A stretch of 44,273 bases of DNA from Conidiobolus incongruus B7586 (GCA_000697335.1 JNEM01012461.1:1-44273); one strand, 5' to 3'. Positions 25,798-38,698 are shown, counted from the first letter of the stretch. The notes: generated by a model from the sequence alone, not told the origin. A program made the numbers and translations.

Positions 25798-27653
25798 TGT
25801 AGTTATATTAGATTTTAAAATTTACTTTGTTATAATTGAGAAGAGTCTGATTTATATATTAATGATTTGATTTAATTATTGTATAACTAACCTGTTTATC
25901 CATGTTATTAATCTAAAATCTAATTGTAAATGTCATAATCGTCTTGTCGCAATATTAATATCGCAGCGCATCAATTTCGACACTAGTTTTTCTATACACC
26001 ATGAAATATATAATTCACTAAAATAATCTGATCATATTTAGTTTAATTGGCAGTACTTGAAAATTATTGTTTAATCTGGAGACTTGGAAAAATTCACATT
26101 ACCTGTTTAACATTAATCAAGTTCATTATTAAATTTCTAATATAGATATTTGTTTAGAAAATTCTAATTACAAAATCCAAAGATTGCGAAATATTTATAT
26201 TTTGTCATTTAATATAATTCAAATAAAAATCTTCAATTGTTAAAATATTACTTTTTTAAGGTGAATATAAATGAAAGAATAATTCGATTTAAGATTTCTA
26301 TTATATCAATATGATCCAAAGATATTATCAATTATAATTATTTAAATATTCAAATAATCCTATTCAATCCTAATCATAACGGCATTGGTTAAACTATTTA
26401 TTGAATCCGAACACCATTTTGAATTTGTGATTTCATAATCAATTAAAATTTTTTCGTAAGTTTTTTCCACTTAATTATCACAATTATAAATTTCTAAATT
26501 ATAATTCTTTTTTCTTATTAAAAAATAATATTTTGAATACCAACTTTGTTATTATTGATCTGATAGAATTTAACAATTTGATAATCTAAAATATCATTAA
26601 TCCGCAACTTAACGTTATTATAATTATGAATTATATCTAGGTATATGTTATTAAGGTTTGATAGCATTATTAACTACAATTCTAATATATTGACTACTTG
26701 CATAAGATAATTATAAAATTTTATTTTATTAATATAAATATCAGCAATAAAACATTAGCAGTTCAACAATTTTGCTTATATATTTAAATAAATACTTCCA
26801 AAGAAAACTTATAAATACTATATATTTTATCTATTAAATTTTTATTTAATTATATTTAAATATTATATTCACCAAATAATTTATTTTTCTTAAATTTTCA
26901 AATTAAACTGGAAATTAAATTTCTAATATTTGATTTCTATATTCAACAAGTAACAATTTTGAAAATCAATATTAATTCGAATTATATAATACTTTATATT
27001 TATTAACGATAATTAATATATATTGCATTAAAAAAGGATTTTTGATATTTTCTTTTTTATTTGCGACCAATAATTTATAATATTTTATATCTTTATTAAA
27101 TTAATTTGATATTTAGCACAAGCTTATAAATTAAAAAAAAATAATAATTTTGAATAAAAGGGCTAAATTATAATATTTTATAATTGGTTTATATATTATC
27201 AGTATTTTTCCTAAAGTGATACACTTCCATGATATTTATTTGTGTAATTTTCAAATTAAAAATCTTTAAAATCAACTTTTAATAATCTAAATAATTTAGA
27301 TTCCTTGATTTAAATCCTGCAGTATATTTGAAAGATTATTTCACCCTAAAAAAGTAATGAATTATATCACTATATTCATTTTCAATTATCTCATGAATGC
27401 TGTTCAAAAAGATTCTGAGAAAATAGTGTAAATGAGAATATGATCAAATGGTGGGCGAAAACTAAATATTATTGAATAGAATTGTTAACACTTTGAAATA
27501 AATTAAAAGAATATGGTGATAATATACAATAAAACCTAATAATCCTATTCATATTAAATAAATACCTTTCAAATTACAAATATATAAATTTATTTTTGTA
27601 TTAAATCTTAATACCAAAATATACTACTTTCAAATCATGTAAAGTGATTAAAA

Positions 27654-28199
27654 TCATATGAACAACCAACCACCCGTCTTTCTAATACAGTCACCGTTAT
27701 CGTTCAATCTCCAGATCATGCATGCAGTTGCTAAGATAATATGATGGTGCGCTGGTGGAACCTTATCAGAAAACGAAAGAGTTCCTGGCTTGGATTTGTT
27801 TAAGCTGAATCCCTCCATGGATGCCAAAACTTCATCATTGTTTAGTTTATCAATCAAAGTGAACGAAACTCTAAAAGTTCCTTTACGTTTCCAAACCCAT
27901 TTGAATATACCCTTTTTATCCTTATCGTCTGGCATAATCTTGTAGCTTTGTCCCCATTCTGGTTCCATAATGATATTACCTAATTCAGATGGAAAGTTGA
28001 GTCGGAATCCAACTGTTTGTGCATTTGGAGTTAGAGGGTAAAGTACAATGTAATTGAGGTCGCCATTGAAGCTTAATGAGCATTCGGTTGAAAAATTACA
28101 ATGAAAATTTAGCTCTTGATTTTTGGGGCCTTTAATCAAATAGGTTTGTTCTTTAAAATTAGTATTGTAAGATATATAATAAACTGTTTCAGAAGCCAT
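27654..28199 (-). CDS. Intronless 181-aa tubby-C/LURP-one-like family protein
   Basis: KWVWKRKG.FRVSFTLID.....LASMEGFSL.KSKPGTLSF...VP..HH.IILATAC; clearly homologous to the 25198 and 34673 ORFs. Confidence 0.8.
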   Translation of the reverse strand: MASETVYYISYNTNFKEQTYLIKGPKNQELNFHCNFSTECSLSFNGDLNYIVLYPLTPNAQTVGFRLNFPSELGNIIMEPEWGQSYKIMPDDKDKKGIFKWVWKRKGTFRVSFTLIDKLNNDEVLASMEGFSLNKSKPGTLSFSDKVPPAHHHIILATACMIWRLNDNGDCIRKTGGWLFI

Positions 28200-28416
28200 T
28201 ATATTAATGATAAAGGATTTTATTATTTCAATGTGTTTGAAAATATTCTTTCAGATTATCAATTCTAATTGATTGTTTGGATTGAATCAAGAATGCACTT
28301 ATATAAAATCTAATTTATCAATTTTTAGATAAAATTTAAAAATTATTCTTTATAGAAGGTTTTAATATCACATAAATTTGAGAAAAAAATATTAATTGAG
28401 AAATTTTCAATAATAT

Positions 28417-28751
28417 TAACACGTCTTGGGAAAGCCGCGTCCGGAATAGTATAAGTAAAAGAGAGAGATCTAGGGATTTCCAGGTAAAGGTTAGGGAGAT
28501 AGGGGGTTTATTGATTTAAGCCAAATAGCTGGGAGGACCCAGATCAAACTCCTTCTCTGTAGTATAGCTCTGTTTCTGGGTTCTATATATAGTGCATAGA
28601 GTAGTAGGTTTCTGGAGTTTTCTGGAGGGTTGTATCATTAGCTGATTAAAGGACAGGGTTGAAGTGGTTGGTCACATGAGGGGGGGAATGACCCTTATAT
28701 TCAGTTGAAGTAAGCATATTACGTGGGAGGAGAGTCACCTGACTCGTGACA
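28417..28751 (-). mobile_element. Solo LTR (~335 bp) of an LTR retrotransposon
   Basis: Abrupt GC-richer island. The minus strand starts TGTCACG (28751), followed by TATATATA (28584-28591) and AATAAA (28507-28512) in U3-R-U5 order. The other end (taacacg) is an imperfect inverted terminus, and atat flanks both sides. Left boundary and TSD are imperfect. Confidence 0.7.
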
Positions 28752-29199
28752 ATATGAAATTAACTATTATTTATAATACTATAACACCAATAATCAAGTT
28801 GAATGGATATTATAATATCAGCATTTTTCTATTAAAATAATTTGTTATCACCATTTTTGGATCATGAAATCAAATTCCTTGAATCATGTAAAGATCCATA
28901 AATATACCTAATTTATAAATAGATATATAGTTATTCATAATGGATAGTTCACTTTGCCTAACTGAATTTATTTTGTATTAAAAGCCATATAAATGTAAGT
29001 ATATTGTAAGTAAATTTTTTAGAAAATTTTAAAACATTCTAAAAATAATCATATTAAGGTATACTCATTAATACAGACTCAAATTTATCGATGTCCTTTT
29101 AATAAAGAAAAACTAATAAAAAATTTTTTTACTTTGGTTCTTTGATTTAATAGATCCTATTCTAATTTTAAATATTTTATTCTATCTGATAAACACTAG

Positions 29200-29520
29200 A
29201 AATTGATAGATAAAATAACATTTCTTTTGATGGATGAAATTAATTTTAAAGATTATTGAGATATATTGGGTGTAATGTTATAAATCACCAAGTTTACTAT
29301 TACTTATTTACTAAAATTATATAATCAATATTCATTATACTATCAATTTTATAATATTTGAATAATGCTCAATTTTATTATTTGAAATATTAAAATTTTA
29401 TAATGCCTAAATTATTTTAAAATATAAAATAATTTGATTATATCACTAAATTATTATTTTATTATTTGATATAAAATATTTTATTAAATAATTTGTAATA
29501 TAATATATTTTAATATTTAT
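29200..29520 (+). mobile_element. Possible ghost of an IS630/Tc1-type transposase, internally deleted and C>T/G>A eroded
   Basis: atggatgaaattaatttt (MDEINF, cf. DETGF), ttgaataatgctcaattttattat (LNNAQFYY, cf. LDNAxFHH) and ttattattttat..gat..tttattaaa (cf. LPPY.PD.NPIE) occur in order, but the frames are broken and no TIRs were found. Confidence 0.3.
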
Positions 29521-30099
29521 TATAAATACTTAATATTATAAGATCTATTCTAAAAAATCAAAAGAAATAAACTTGTCTATTATCCTTTAAAAAAGATTCT
29601 AAGTATATTGTATTAAAAATATTTTAGTTTTAATCAAGTGATTTTATTTTGGATATTATGATAATATATACTAAATCTATTCTATTGATATCCATTGAAT
29701 TTTTATTTAACTTACTAAACTTATAATATATTATAATTACAATATGATAGATATAGTATTAAATATATTCCTCTTTATATTAGTCTAGCAATGTAAATTT
29801 AATAAACATTGTTTACATAAATTAAAAACATCAAAATCAGTGTCGATATAATGACTTTTGGACTTGAATACTCTAAACTATTTAAATAACATAGAATAAT
29901 CAATTTGTTATTAAATTTATTGAATAATGAGAGTGAAGGAAAATATCTTAAATGCTTAAAATTCAAGATCATCTTTTTTACAAATGCGGAAAATAATATA
30001 TGAATTGATAAATGTGATGATAATAACTACATCAGTTATATTCGATTTATGAAGCACTGGATATAATACAGGAATCAGCATATTATTAACCAGAGAATA

Positions 30100-30576
30100 T
30101 GTGAAAATAATATCTACCACTATCCTCCTTTTGCCTGCACAAATAGCATATGTATACTAAAATAATATGATATTATTCTGACAGAACTCCATTGACCATC
30201 ACAATGGAATATGAATTCTACTTGTTTATTGAAAATCCCTTGATACCAGGTATAATTTGATCTTGATTAGAGTTATTAAACAAGATATACGAAATTGACG
30301 GGCTGTATTCAGGTTTCCAAGTCCAATTGGTTGCTTTAGTAGTAGAAATGTAATATCCTTTCAAAATTAATGTATTTGAAAACGTTGATTTGAATTTGTT
30401 AATTGTGATTGGAGACATGAACGAACTGTCAGTTTTAATCCTTTAAGAAACATTACGCCGTTTACCAGTCTAATAAAGATCTTTTTATTTAACATTGGAT
30501 TTTAATTGTGCTAACCTCCTCATTTGAAATTGCATTTTTTTTCTCCAATACAACTTTAAATTTGTAATATCTTCAT
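30100..30576 (-). pseudogene. Decayed tubby-C/LURP-one-like family member
   Basis: NWTWKPEYSPSISYILFN..QDQII.GIKGFSINK*NSYSIVMVNGVLSE*YHIILV matches the family core. The 5' half is degenerate; boundaries approximate. Confidence 0.7.
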
Positions 30577-31369
30577 GATTAAATTTTGTAGTCAAATGAT
30601 AAAATTACATTGAGCATTATATTCATAGGTTAGTTCTTTTTTTGCAATAATTAAAATGTATTTTAAGTTGTCTTTTTATGATACTTGAATTAAACATCAA
30701 ATCATTGAAGAATTTTTCATATCCTTTTTATATACTATTGAATCTATAATGTATACACCAATCAAAAAATAACTTTTAATCATTTTAATAGAACAGAGTT
30801 GTTAACATGCAGTTTATATTAGCGTTACCTAATATCTATATAATTATTTTTTATATAACTCTTCACACTCTAACAAGTTGGCAGTTATTAAATTATTCAT
30901 TGGATAAAAATCTGCTTAAAACCAAAAAATGAATATAATTAAATAATTGTTAGATAAAATAACTCTAATTTATTAATTGAATTTTCATAATTAGTATAAT
31001 TTTAACTTCAAAGTATGAACTCTTTAGAAGCAAAAGAACATAAAATTAATTATATTGAATATTTAAATGATTAAATTTCGTTCCTATATTAGAAATAATA
31101 AGCATAGATTTTTTAACAATTTGTTTAATAATTATGTTGGAATATAAAAATAATTAGAATCAATAAAAAGTATTTATTATTAACTGTTCCATAATAGATA
31201 TGAATTTAAATTTTTGACGTAAATATATATATATTCAACATAATCTCATTAGGTTTATTTAAAGTTGATCTATTAAATAAATATTGAAAACTCAATTAAT
31301 AACGTGATCAGACAAGCAGTATTAATAACGAACTGGATCCACGTTATACTTAATTCTCATACAATCTCT

Positions 31370-31874
31370 TCAAACACAAAGGTGCTCTGTCACATTTTAA
31401 ACCAAATATGCAGTTGTCATAATTACATGTCCAAAATCTGATGAAACACTATATGCAATTGAAATTATGCCGAAATTGGAACTATTTAAACTGAATCCCT
31501 CCATTACTGGTAAAGCTTGAGCTCCGGAGAATATGTCAGCAAAGAATAATATTAAGCAAAGATCAATTCGTGCGTCCAAGTCTAGGTGACATTTCCAGTT
31601 CGATCTTTACAATCTCCAGTAACTTTGTAAGCTGAATTATATTTTGAATCCAAATTCAAATTATTCAAAAGATACAATGTACGATTAATAGTGAGACACT
31701 ATTTTCGGACAAGAAGATTTTAATTTGGATAAAGTCAATATATTGGATTGTTAACTTTGAGTCAAATTCCTCTTTAAAGTGAAAATTAAATAATTTTTTT
31801 CAAACCGGTGATTAAATAATAATTGTTTTTAAATGCAGATTTCTGTTTAAATTTTAGTGTATTTCTTTAATCAT
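31370..31874 (-). pseudogene. Decayed tubby-C/LURP-one-like family member
   Basis: YNSAYKVTGDCKDRTGNVT*TW, then after a frameshift MEGFSLNSSNFGIISIAYSVSSDFGHVIMTTAYLV*. Trp codons of the paralog appear as TAG and TAA. Putative ATG at 31874. Confidence 0.78.
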
Positions 31875-33399
31875 TGAAATTTAAATAGCAGAAATGATTA
31901 TAATATAGTAGTAAGTTGGCTCATCTTTTTACATCAAATTGAACCTAAAATCAATAACACTCTTTTACTTGATTTAGGGCATTATTAATATAGAATATTA
32001 CTATTTATTTGAGGATAGCGTCAAACTTTCGATTGATCACTCTAACTTAATTCTATCATATTTCATTATTAAATTTTGGTGTAAAATTAAAACTCACTAA
32101 TAAATTTACAATCTTAATATAAACTATTATTTTGAATGATTAATCATAAACAAATATTGAATTAAAAGGCAATAGATAAAATGGATTTGAGTAGTGTAAT
32201 AGGGACAAATTCCTACTCAATTCTCATAATTAAATAAAAATCTCCCAATCTTGATATTTTATATTAGTGTTCAAGTATAGTCAACATTATGAGTTAAAAT
32301 ATCATGTTTTATAATTTGGATTATTGTGACTATGGCTTTGCCGTATATCTTTACATCAATCACTTTAATTAATTCTAAAACCTAATGATAACAACTTCAT
32401 TATTGCTTGAAATAAAACATGTAAATAAACCAAGGTTAAATTCAATCTAAAAAATATTCAATAACCAAATAATTTTTCTCTCAAAACTTAATAAATACAT
32501 TATTAATAAAACAATGATAAAGTTTTTAAAATATTGAAATTAAAGTTTATAATTCTTTTAATTATATATGGATAGTTTTTTTCTATATTTTTAAAAAATT
32601 TTCAGTTTTGATTATATAATACTTACAGTTGCTATAATTCCATTATACATACTCTTCAAAAGTTTTATATATTACATATACAAATTTCGATTTTTCACCA
32701 CACGTATTAAATTTTATTGTTAGCTTATGATTTTATTTTCATGATAAATTAAAACTTTCATCATCAGCTAAATTGGTAATTATTTAGTCAAATTAGTATC
32801 ATTACATTTCTAATTAATTTTTGGCTTTTAAAATAGTAATATTTTGGACAAGTAAAACATTATAGATCAATTAATTTTGACCTCAAAATTACAAATGTGA
32901 ATTAATGTATATTTTTAAAATGTTATATCTATAATCTTTATGTAGCCATCAATCATTAAAATTATTTTTTGTATAATAATATTAAATATTATTATCATTT
33001 TTAAAATTTTTTAATAATATGAAGTTTGAAAACCATAGTAATTATAGGTATACACTATCTTAAATATCCATAACATATCAATAATTTTTATCATATAGTC
33101 ACTTATATTAATGTGATTTTAACAAATTATACTCTAATTACTCAACTTATTGCATTATCACCTATTTAAAAATATATTTCAGTTTTATTATTGATATAAT
33201 ATTTTACAAAAACTCATAGTATCAAATTATCAATGATTTTATTATTTTTAATATTTCAACAAACTTAAAATCTTCACTTAGGAAGGTTAATTACTTTTTT
33301 AAGATATTGGTGGTATATATAAATTTTATATTTTTATATATAATAAAAATATACTATTAATCCAAAATATTAATACTAACTTAGCAAAATTCATGTTAT

Positions 33400-34420
33400 A
33401 TTTTAAAAAAATTAAGTCAATTCTTCTCTCAAAATGAAAAAATTATTACCACTCTGTTTTTAATAAATTCATAAGTTCAAAAAAGGTCTTAGAAACAATG
33501 TCCATTGATTAATTTCCAGCTTCAAGGTACAGTGATTTAGGATAATTTCCATAATCAATTAATAATAAAAACCAAGTTTGGAATTTAATTCACACTGTAA
33601 ATTAAACCTAAATAAAAATATACAAAGCTATTCTTGGATATTTAATACGTTTTGATAATTTGAAAAAAAAGTATTTCAAATGAGCAAAAAAATCGAATAT
33701 TAAAATTACTAGAACTAAGTTAGGTAATAGAATGTTCGATAATCATTTAGATTTAGTGAAAAATAAATTATTCCAAATACACTATACTCCTCTCTGTTTG
33801 TTTTAGTCATTGAAGAATCTAACAGTTTCTTGAAGTGTACAGTTTTTATTAATTTATCACTTTATTCATATATCAAGTCCACTACATGAATACATATTTT
33901 AGAATAATATTTGTAATTCATATAAACCTTATATTATATCAATTTAAGTTTAAACAATATATTTTTTCAAATCAAAAAATACCATACCATGTGGTTTTTC
34001 ATGAATCAAGAGTTTTAGTTCTAAAAATGTCTCAAGAATAGAGCAGCTTTTCAAAAACCAAGTAGAAAACATTGATTTTTACATCTGGATTATGCTTTAG
34101 TTTGTATTAAAACAATTTCAATTTTTGTTTTAATATTGTATATATTATAACATTTAGTACATCACAATATAATATATTTTGAATCAACATTATATCAAAC
34201 TCATCGCATTTTAGGTTATTCTTAACTGCTATAAGTTCTATCACTCCAATCTTTATATATTATAATATAACATATTGCTAAATTTTGTTGCTTTTATTAT
34301 CATACTCCTATTTACAATTTTCAAAGGGAAAAACGAACTGTATTGGAAAGCTTGTTTAATATTTATTTTAGTCTAATATCATCAATAAGAAGAAATGTGC
34401 TCCACTTTAATAAAATTTTC
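33400..34420 (-). pseudogene. Possible decayed F-box/LRR-like gene
   Basis: Minus-strand fragments KWSTFLLIDDI...LNKLSNTVRFSL and FLKSCSILETFLEL. Multiple stops; boundaries approximate. Confidence 0.2.
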
Positions 34421-34672
34421 AACTCACTTGAATTCAAAATTAAAATTTGAAACTATTTAAATAAATATCAATAAATTTATAATTGAAACAAAAGATAATG
34501 TAATAATTAAGCCAATATTGCCTTTCATTATTAAAAAATATTAAAATATAAATTTTTTATTTCAGAATTAATATTCATCAAAATAGAACAATTTTTATTA
34601 CAATTTCATTAAGTTCAAAAAATTGTATTAACCTAACAATGATTGAAATTGATTAGTGCAATATCGAAAAAA

Positions 34673-35272
34673 TTACTCCAAGGATTTTTGACTAAAAGCC
34701 CAAGCTGCCCAAGGATAATCAATTAAACCCCAATCATCACCTCTAGTCCGTTTAATCATATTACCGCCTTTTTCGTACAGCCTATAGATCATACAGGCAG
34801 TTGCCAAAAAAGCATGGTGGAACTCACGAGGAAAATATTCAGAAAATATAATAATTCCGGGTTTTGTAGGATTTGAATTTTTTAAACTGAATCCCTTCAT
34901 TGACCCTAATTCTCGGCCATATTTATCAACCAAAGTAAATGAAACTGACAATAGGCATTTACATTTCCAAACCCATTCCATTTTATCATTATTTGGATTT
35001 TCTTCTGGCTTGATTCTGTAACTTCGTCCCGGATCTTGCTCCATTATCACATTGCCCAAACTAAAAGGAAAGTTTGCTTTAATTCTAAATCTGTCTTCAT
35101 CTAGTGTTAGACGCTTCAGTATAAAATAATTAGGATTGCCATAGTAACTTAATGAACATTCAAGAAAAGAATCGTAATTAAATATAAGTTCTTCTTCGGT
35201 ACCTTTGATCAAATAAGCTTTTCCTTTGGAATTGGAATTGTAAAAGATTTCATAAACTTTATTAAAAGTCAT
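34673..35272 (-). CDS. Intronless 199-aa tubby-C/LURP-one-like family protein, closest to 27654..28199
   Basis: Shares ECSLS..G..NY..L..LT, NFP..LGN.IME...G.SY.I.P, WVWK, VSFTL.D, SM.GFSL and LATACMI with the 27654 ORF. Confidence 0.8.
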   Translation of the reverse strand: MTFNKVYEIFYNSNSKGKAYLIKGTEEELIFNYDSFLECSLSYYGNPNYFILKRLTLDEDRFRIKANFPFSLGNVIMEQDPGRSYRIKPEENPNNDKMEWVWKCKCLLSVSFTLVDKYGRELGSMKGFSLKNSNPTKPGIIIFSEYFPREFHHAFLATACMIYRLYEKGGNMIKRTRGDDWGLIDYPWAAWAFSQKSLE

Positions 35273-36359
35273 TAAGGTGTAATTAAAGTATAATTATATT
35301 TTATAAAATATTTGATTGTTAGACATTAAATAATATACTATAGATTGAACTAAGTTGTAGCATATCTATATATATTACAAAATAAATAATTTTAAGAGTA
35401 TAGTAATATAAATTGGATAATATGATTATTCTAAATAGAACTTTTATCAATATACTACAATTTAATATGAATATTGATATTTATAATCTGCGCAAAATTA
35501 ATTTTAATTTTTTTTTGAAAATATTAATCAATAAAAGACTATGAAAGCTTTTAACAGATCTTAAAGAATAATGTATTTCACAATATTTATTACTAATAAG
35601 TCAATTTATTCTATATATTCCAATATGAAGCAATTTATAATTTTATAAATATTATTATACAATACAACATCTGACATTCATTTTTTTCTCTCGTTATTGA
35701 AATATGAAGATTTGCTGATATGATACATGATTTATCAAGTTACAAAAATCCTGGTAAAAATAGATAAAAATTTGAATGAGATGCAGATATACAGAATCAA
35801 TATAAGCCCTTTCAAATTTCATACTAAGTTAATATTAAAATAAATATGAAAAGTATGTTTTTTGTTGTTCAATTATAATATTATAAACTCATTTTTTATT
35901 AGTTTATCTCGCTATTTAGTAAATATTAAAATAAATACTCTATATATTTAATTCTTATTTTCTTAATGCAATTGATATTTCTAGAATATAATTGAGTTTA
36001 AAATGAATAATGAAACGTATATTTAAGCGGATAAAATTATTTTCCTTTCCAAAAAGTATTATTTAAAATTATTTTAAAGTTTTTTTTATAAATCATAATT
36101 TATAACTTTTTAATTAATTGTACATATTTAAAAATTTTATTCTTATAAATAGTTTTATTTTGGGATTATAAACAATCTAATTTATTGGATAAAAAAAGAT
36201 TTTAATATTTCTTAAATTTTTTAGTAAAGGAAATAAGTGGAAAAAAACTCAAATTAAAATTTATATCATGTTTTTAATAAAAATTAAATGAGAAAATAAA
36301 CGATACTCGAAATAATTTGAATTTTATGTTCAATAATATAAAATAATTAAGGAAATTTA

Positions 36360-36800
36360 TAATGGGATGAGTTGTGAGTGTACTCTCTTTTAACCTCATC
36401 ATTTATATCCCAAATATAACACTCATATTCCTCAAAGCTATATGTCGAAAATTTATACGAACGCGGTCGACAGTTACAATTGAATCAGGTTTGGAATTAT
36501 TTAAATCTCTTGATAATGTCCGTAACTTGGCCTTGGTTAGATCTGTCAAATAAGGTATATTAAGTCAAAAGTCTATATAGATATTTAATATTCTAGTCCA
36601 ATATGCTTGTACCAAACTAATCACCTAAAATTTTAATGAATTCAACAATATTTTTTAAGATTTTACATTCTACTGGAGACTTGAAGAATAGTATTTGAAA
36701 AAAATACTACATGGTATATCAGTCAAATTTAGTCCTTATTATTTATTATTTTATTACAATTTTACCAGCCTATACCATCGATATTTTATATATCTTAACC
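36360..36800 (+). pseudogene. Possible decayed F-box-like gene fragment
   Basis: WDEL* followed in another frame by FNLIIYIPNITLIFLKAICRKF, which has F-box-like spacing. Locally GC-richer. Confidence 0.2.
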
Positions 36801-37418
36801 GGTCATTATTATTTTAATGTTTTTTATTTTCCAATTTTTGTCTTTATATAATACAGAAACAGTTATTAACTAAATTGTGATATTTCAAGTTGTAATAACC
36901 AAAATTGAATTGACTATTTACAAAAAATAGATATACCATTGGAGATGATAATATTTCAAATCTTATTATATACCATTTACAATAGAGGTACTTATATAAG
37001 ATGGTTTAAATGCCATTTTATATTAAATAATTTTAAATTTAACATTTTGAATATAACATTAGCAACTCAAAATTTTTTTAAACATTTCGAATTTTTTCTT
37101 AAAGTCACAATTAGTGAATTGTGGTTTTAAAAATGATAGTTAACTATATATCAAAAAATGCATTTGACTGATAAATGTAGATTATGAGTAATATTTTTTT
37201 CAATTCTATAATGAATTATTGAATAATTTTCATTTATACTAAGAGACATATAAATCATTAATTTATAAATATTTAAATTATATAATAAATTCTTTGACTT
37301 GAAACCTAATTATTGAATATATATATTTTTTATTTCAATTATTTTATATTGTTATATTTAACTTTATTAGAAAATAATTTTTTCATAATAATATAATATT
37401 TATATTTGATATGATTGT

Positions 37419-38698
37419 TATTTATATAGAAATTAAATAATGATAAAATTCTATAATTAAAATTAAATAAAATTTATAATATATTAATCATAGGAAATAA
37501 TATATTATATAAGATTAATATTTTGTATTATTATTAATTAGATTTTACCATATTTTTAACAAGCTTCTAATACTTAAAAGAAATTTTTTTTATCAAATAC
37601 TCAAATTTGGTGTCTTATAGCTTAATTTATTTATAAGAATTTTATTTTGTAAATATTTTTTTATTACTTTAAACACTAATAATTACATTTGCTATAATAT
37701 AGTGAATATATCAAATATGTTAGCTTTTATTTATTTTTATATATATAAAATCTTTTATAAGTTTAACTTTATTTATTTTTATAATTATTATATAAAACAA
37801 TAAGTGTCTTTAATTTATAATAAGAGTATAAATTAAAAACAATTCTATTAAAATAATATAAAATATATTATTAATTGATTTAATTTTGAAAATTAAATTA
37901 AAAATTCATATATTAGTATTATTTTTAAAACAATTAATATTCAATTATTAATATAATATTAATTTAATAGAATTTATAAAATTAATTATTTTAACTTAAT
38001 ATTTCATTTTTACAAAATAAAATATTATATAATGGAGTTTAAAATTAACTAATAATAATGATTTACTTTTAAACACCTTTTAGTTATATTTTAATAATTT
38101 TTAGCTATAACTATTTTAATTTTATTCTAAGAGTATATTAAATTAAAAAGATATCTATTTTATATTTTTAATAATTAATATAAATTTAAATTCTAATATA
38201 TAATGTACTTATATAATTAATATTTAATTGCTTTTATAATTGTTTAGCTAAAGTAAATAAGTGATTTTTAATATATTTTTATATAATAAATAAATAATAA
38301 TAAAAATTAATCTTTTAGATTTAGATAAATTTCAAATAATATCTTTTTTAATTTTAAAATATCAAATTCAACAATAAATAGTAGTTTAAAGTACAAAATT
38401 ATCTCTAAAAGTCCTTGATAAGTTTTAGATGATTTTAAAGGGTTTATTGTTGAGTTTTAATAATACTAAAATAAAAGACTTCTGATAATCACTATCTAAT
38501 TTAAGTATAATTAAATTTGGCTTTAAATTTTTAATTAAAGACCTTATAATGAAAATATAATTATACACTATATATATCAGTATATAGTTTAGAAAAATTA
38601 ATTTTCCGATAAATTTTATATATAGTTTATTTATCAAAACTAGTAATATATTTGAAAAATAAGAGACTAAAAAATTTGCCATTTTTTCCAAACTAATA
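37419..38698 (-). mobile_element. Mariner transposon copy 4, hypermutated, abutting and truncating the NRPS-like gene
   Basis: Left TIR tatttatatagaaattaaataatgataaaatt (copy-2 type). Right TIR revcomp tattagtttggaaaaaatggcaaatttttt has a ~5-nt deletion. Minus strand reads K*ISFNL and LIVLYNNY; colinear with copy 2. Confidence 0.88.

Noticed and set aside
36035..36240. Weak inverted repeat (ttattttcctttccaaaaa / tttttagtaaaggaaataa) as a possible MITE
   Set aside because: Short, imperfect, no TSD and no second copy in the window.
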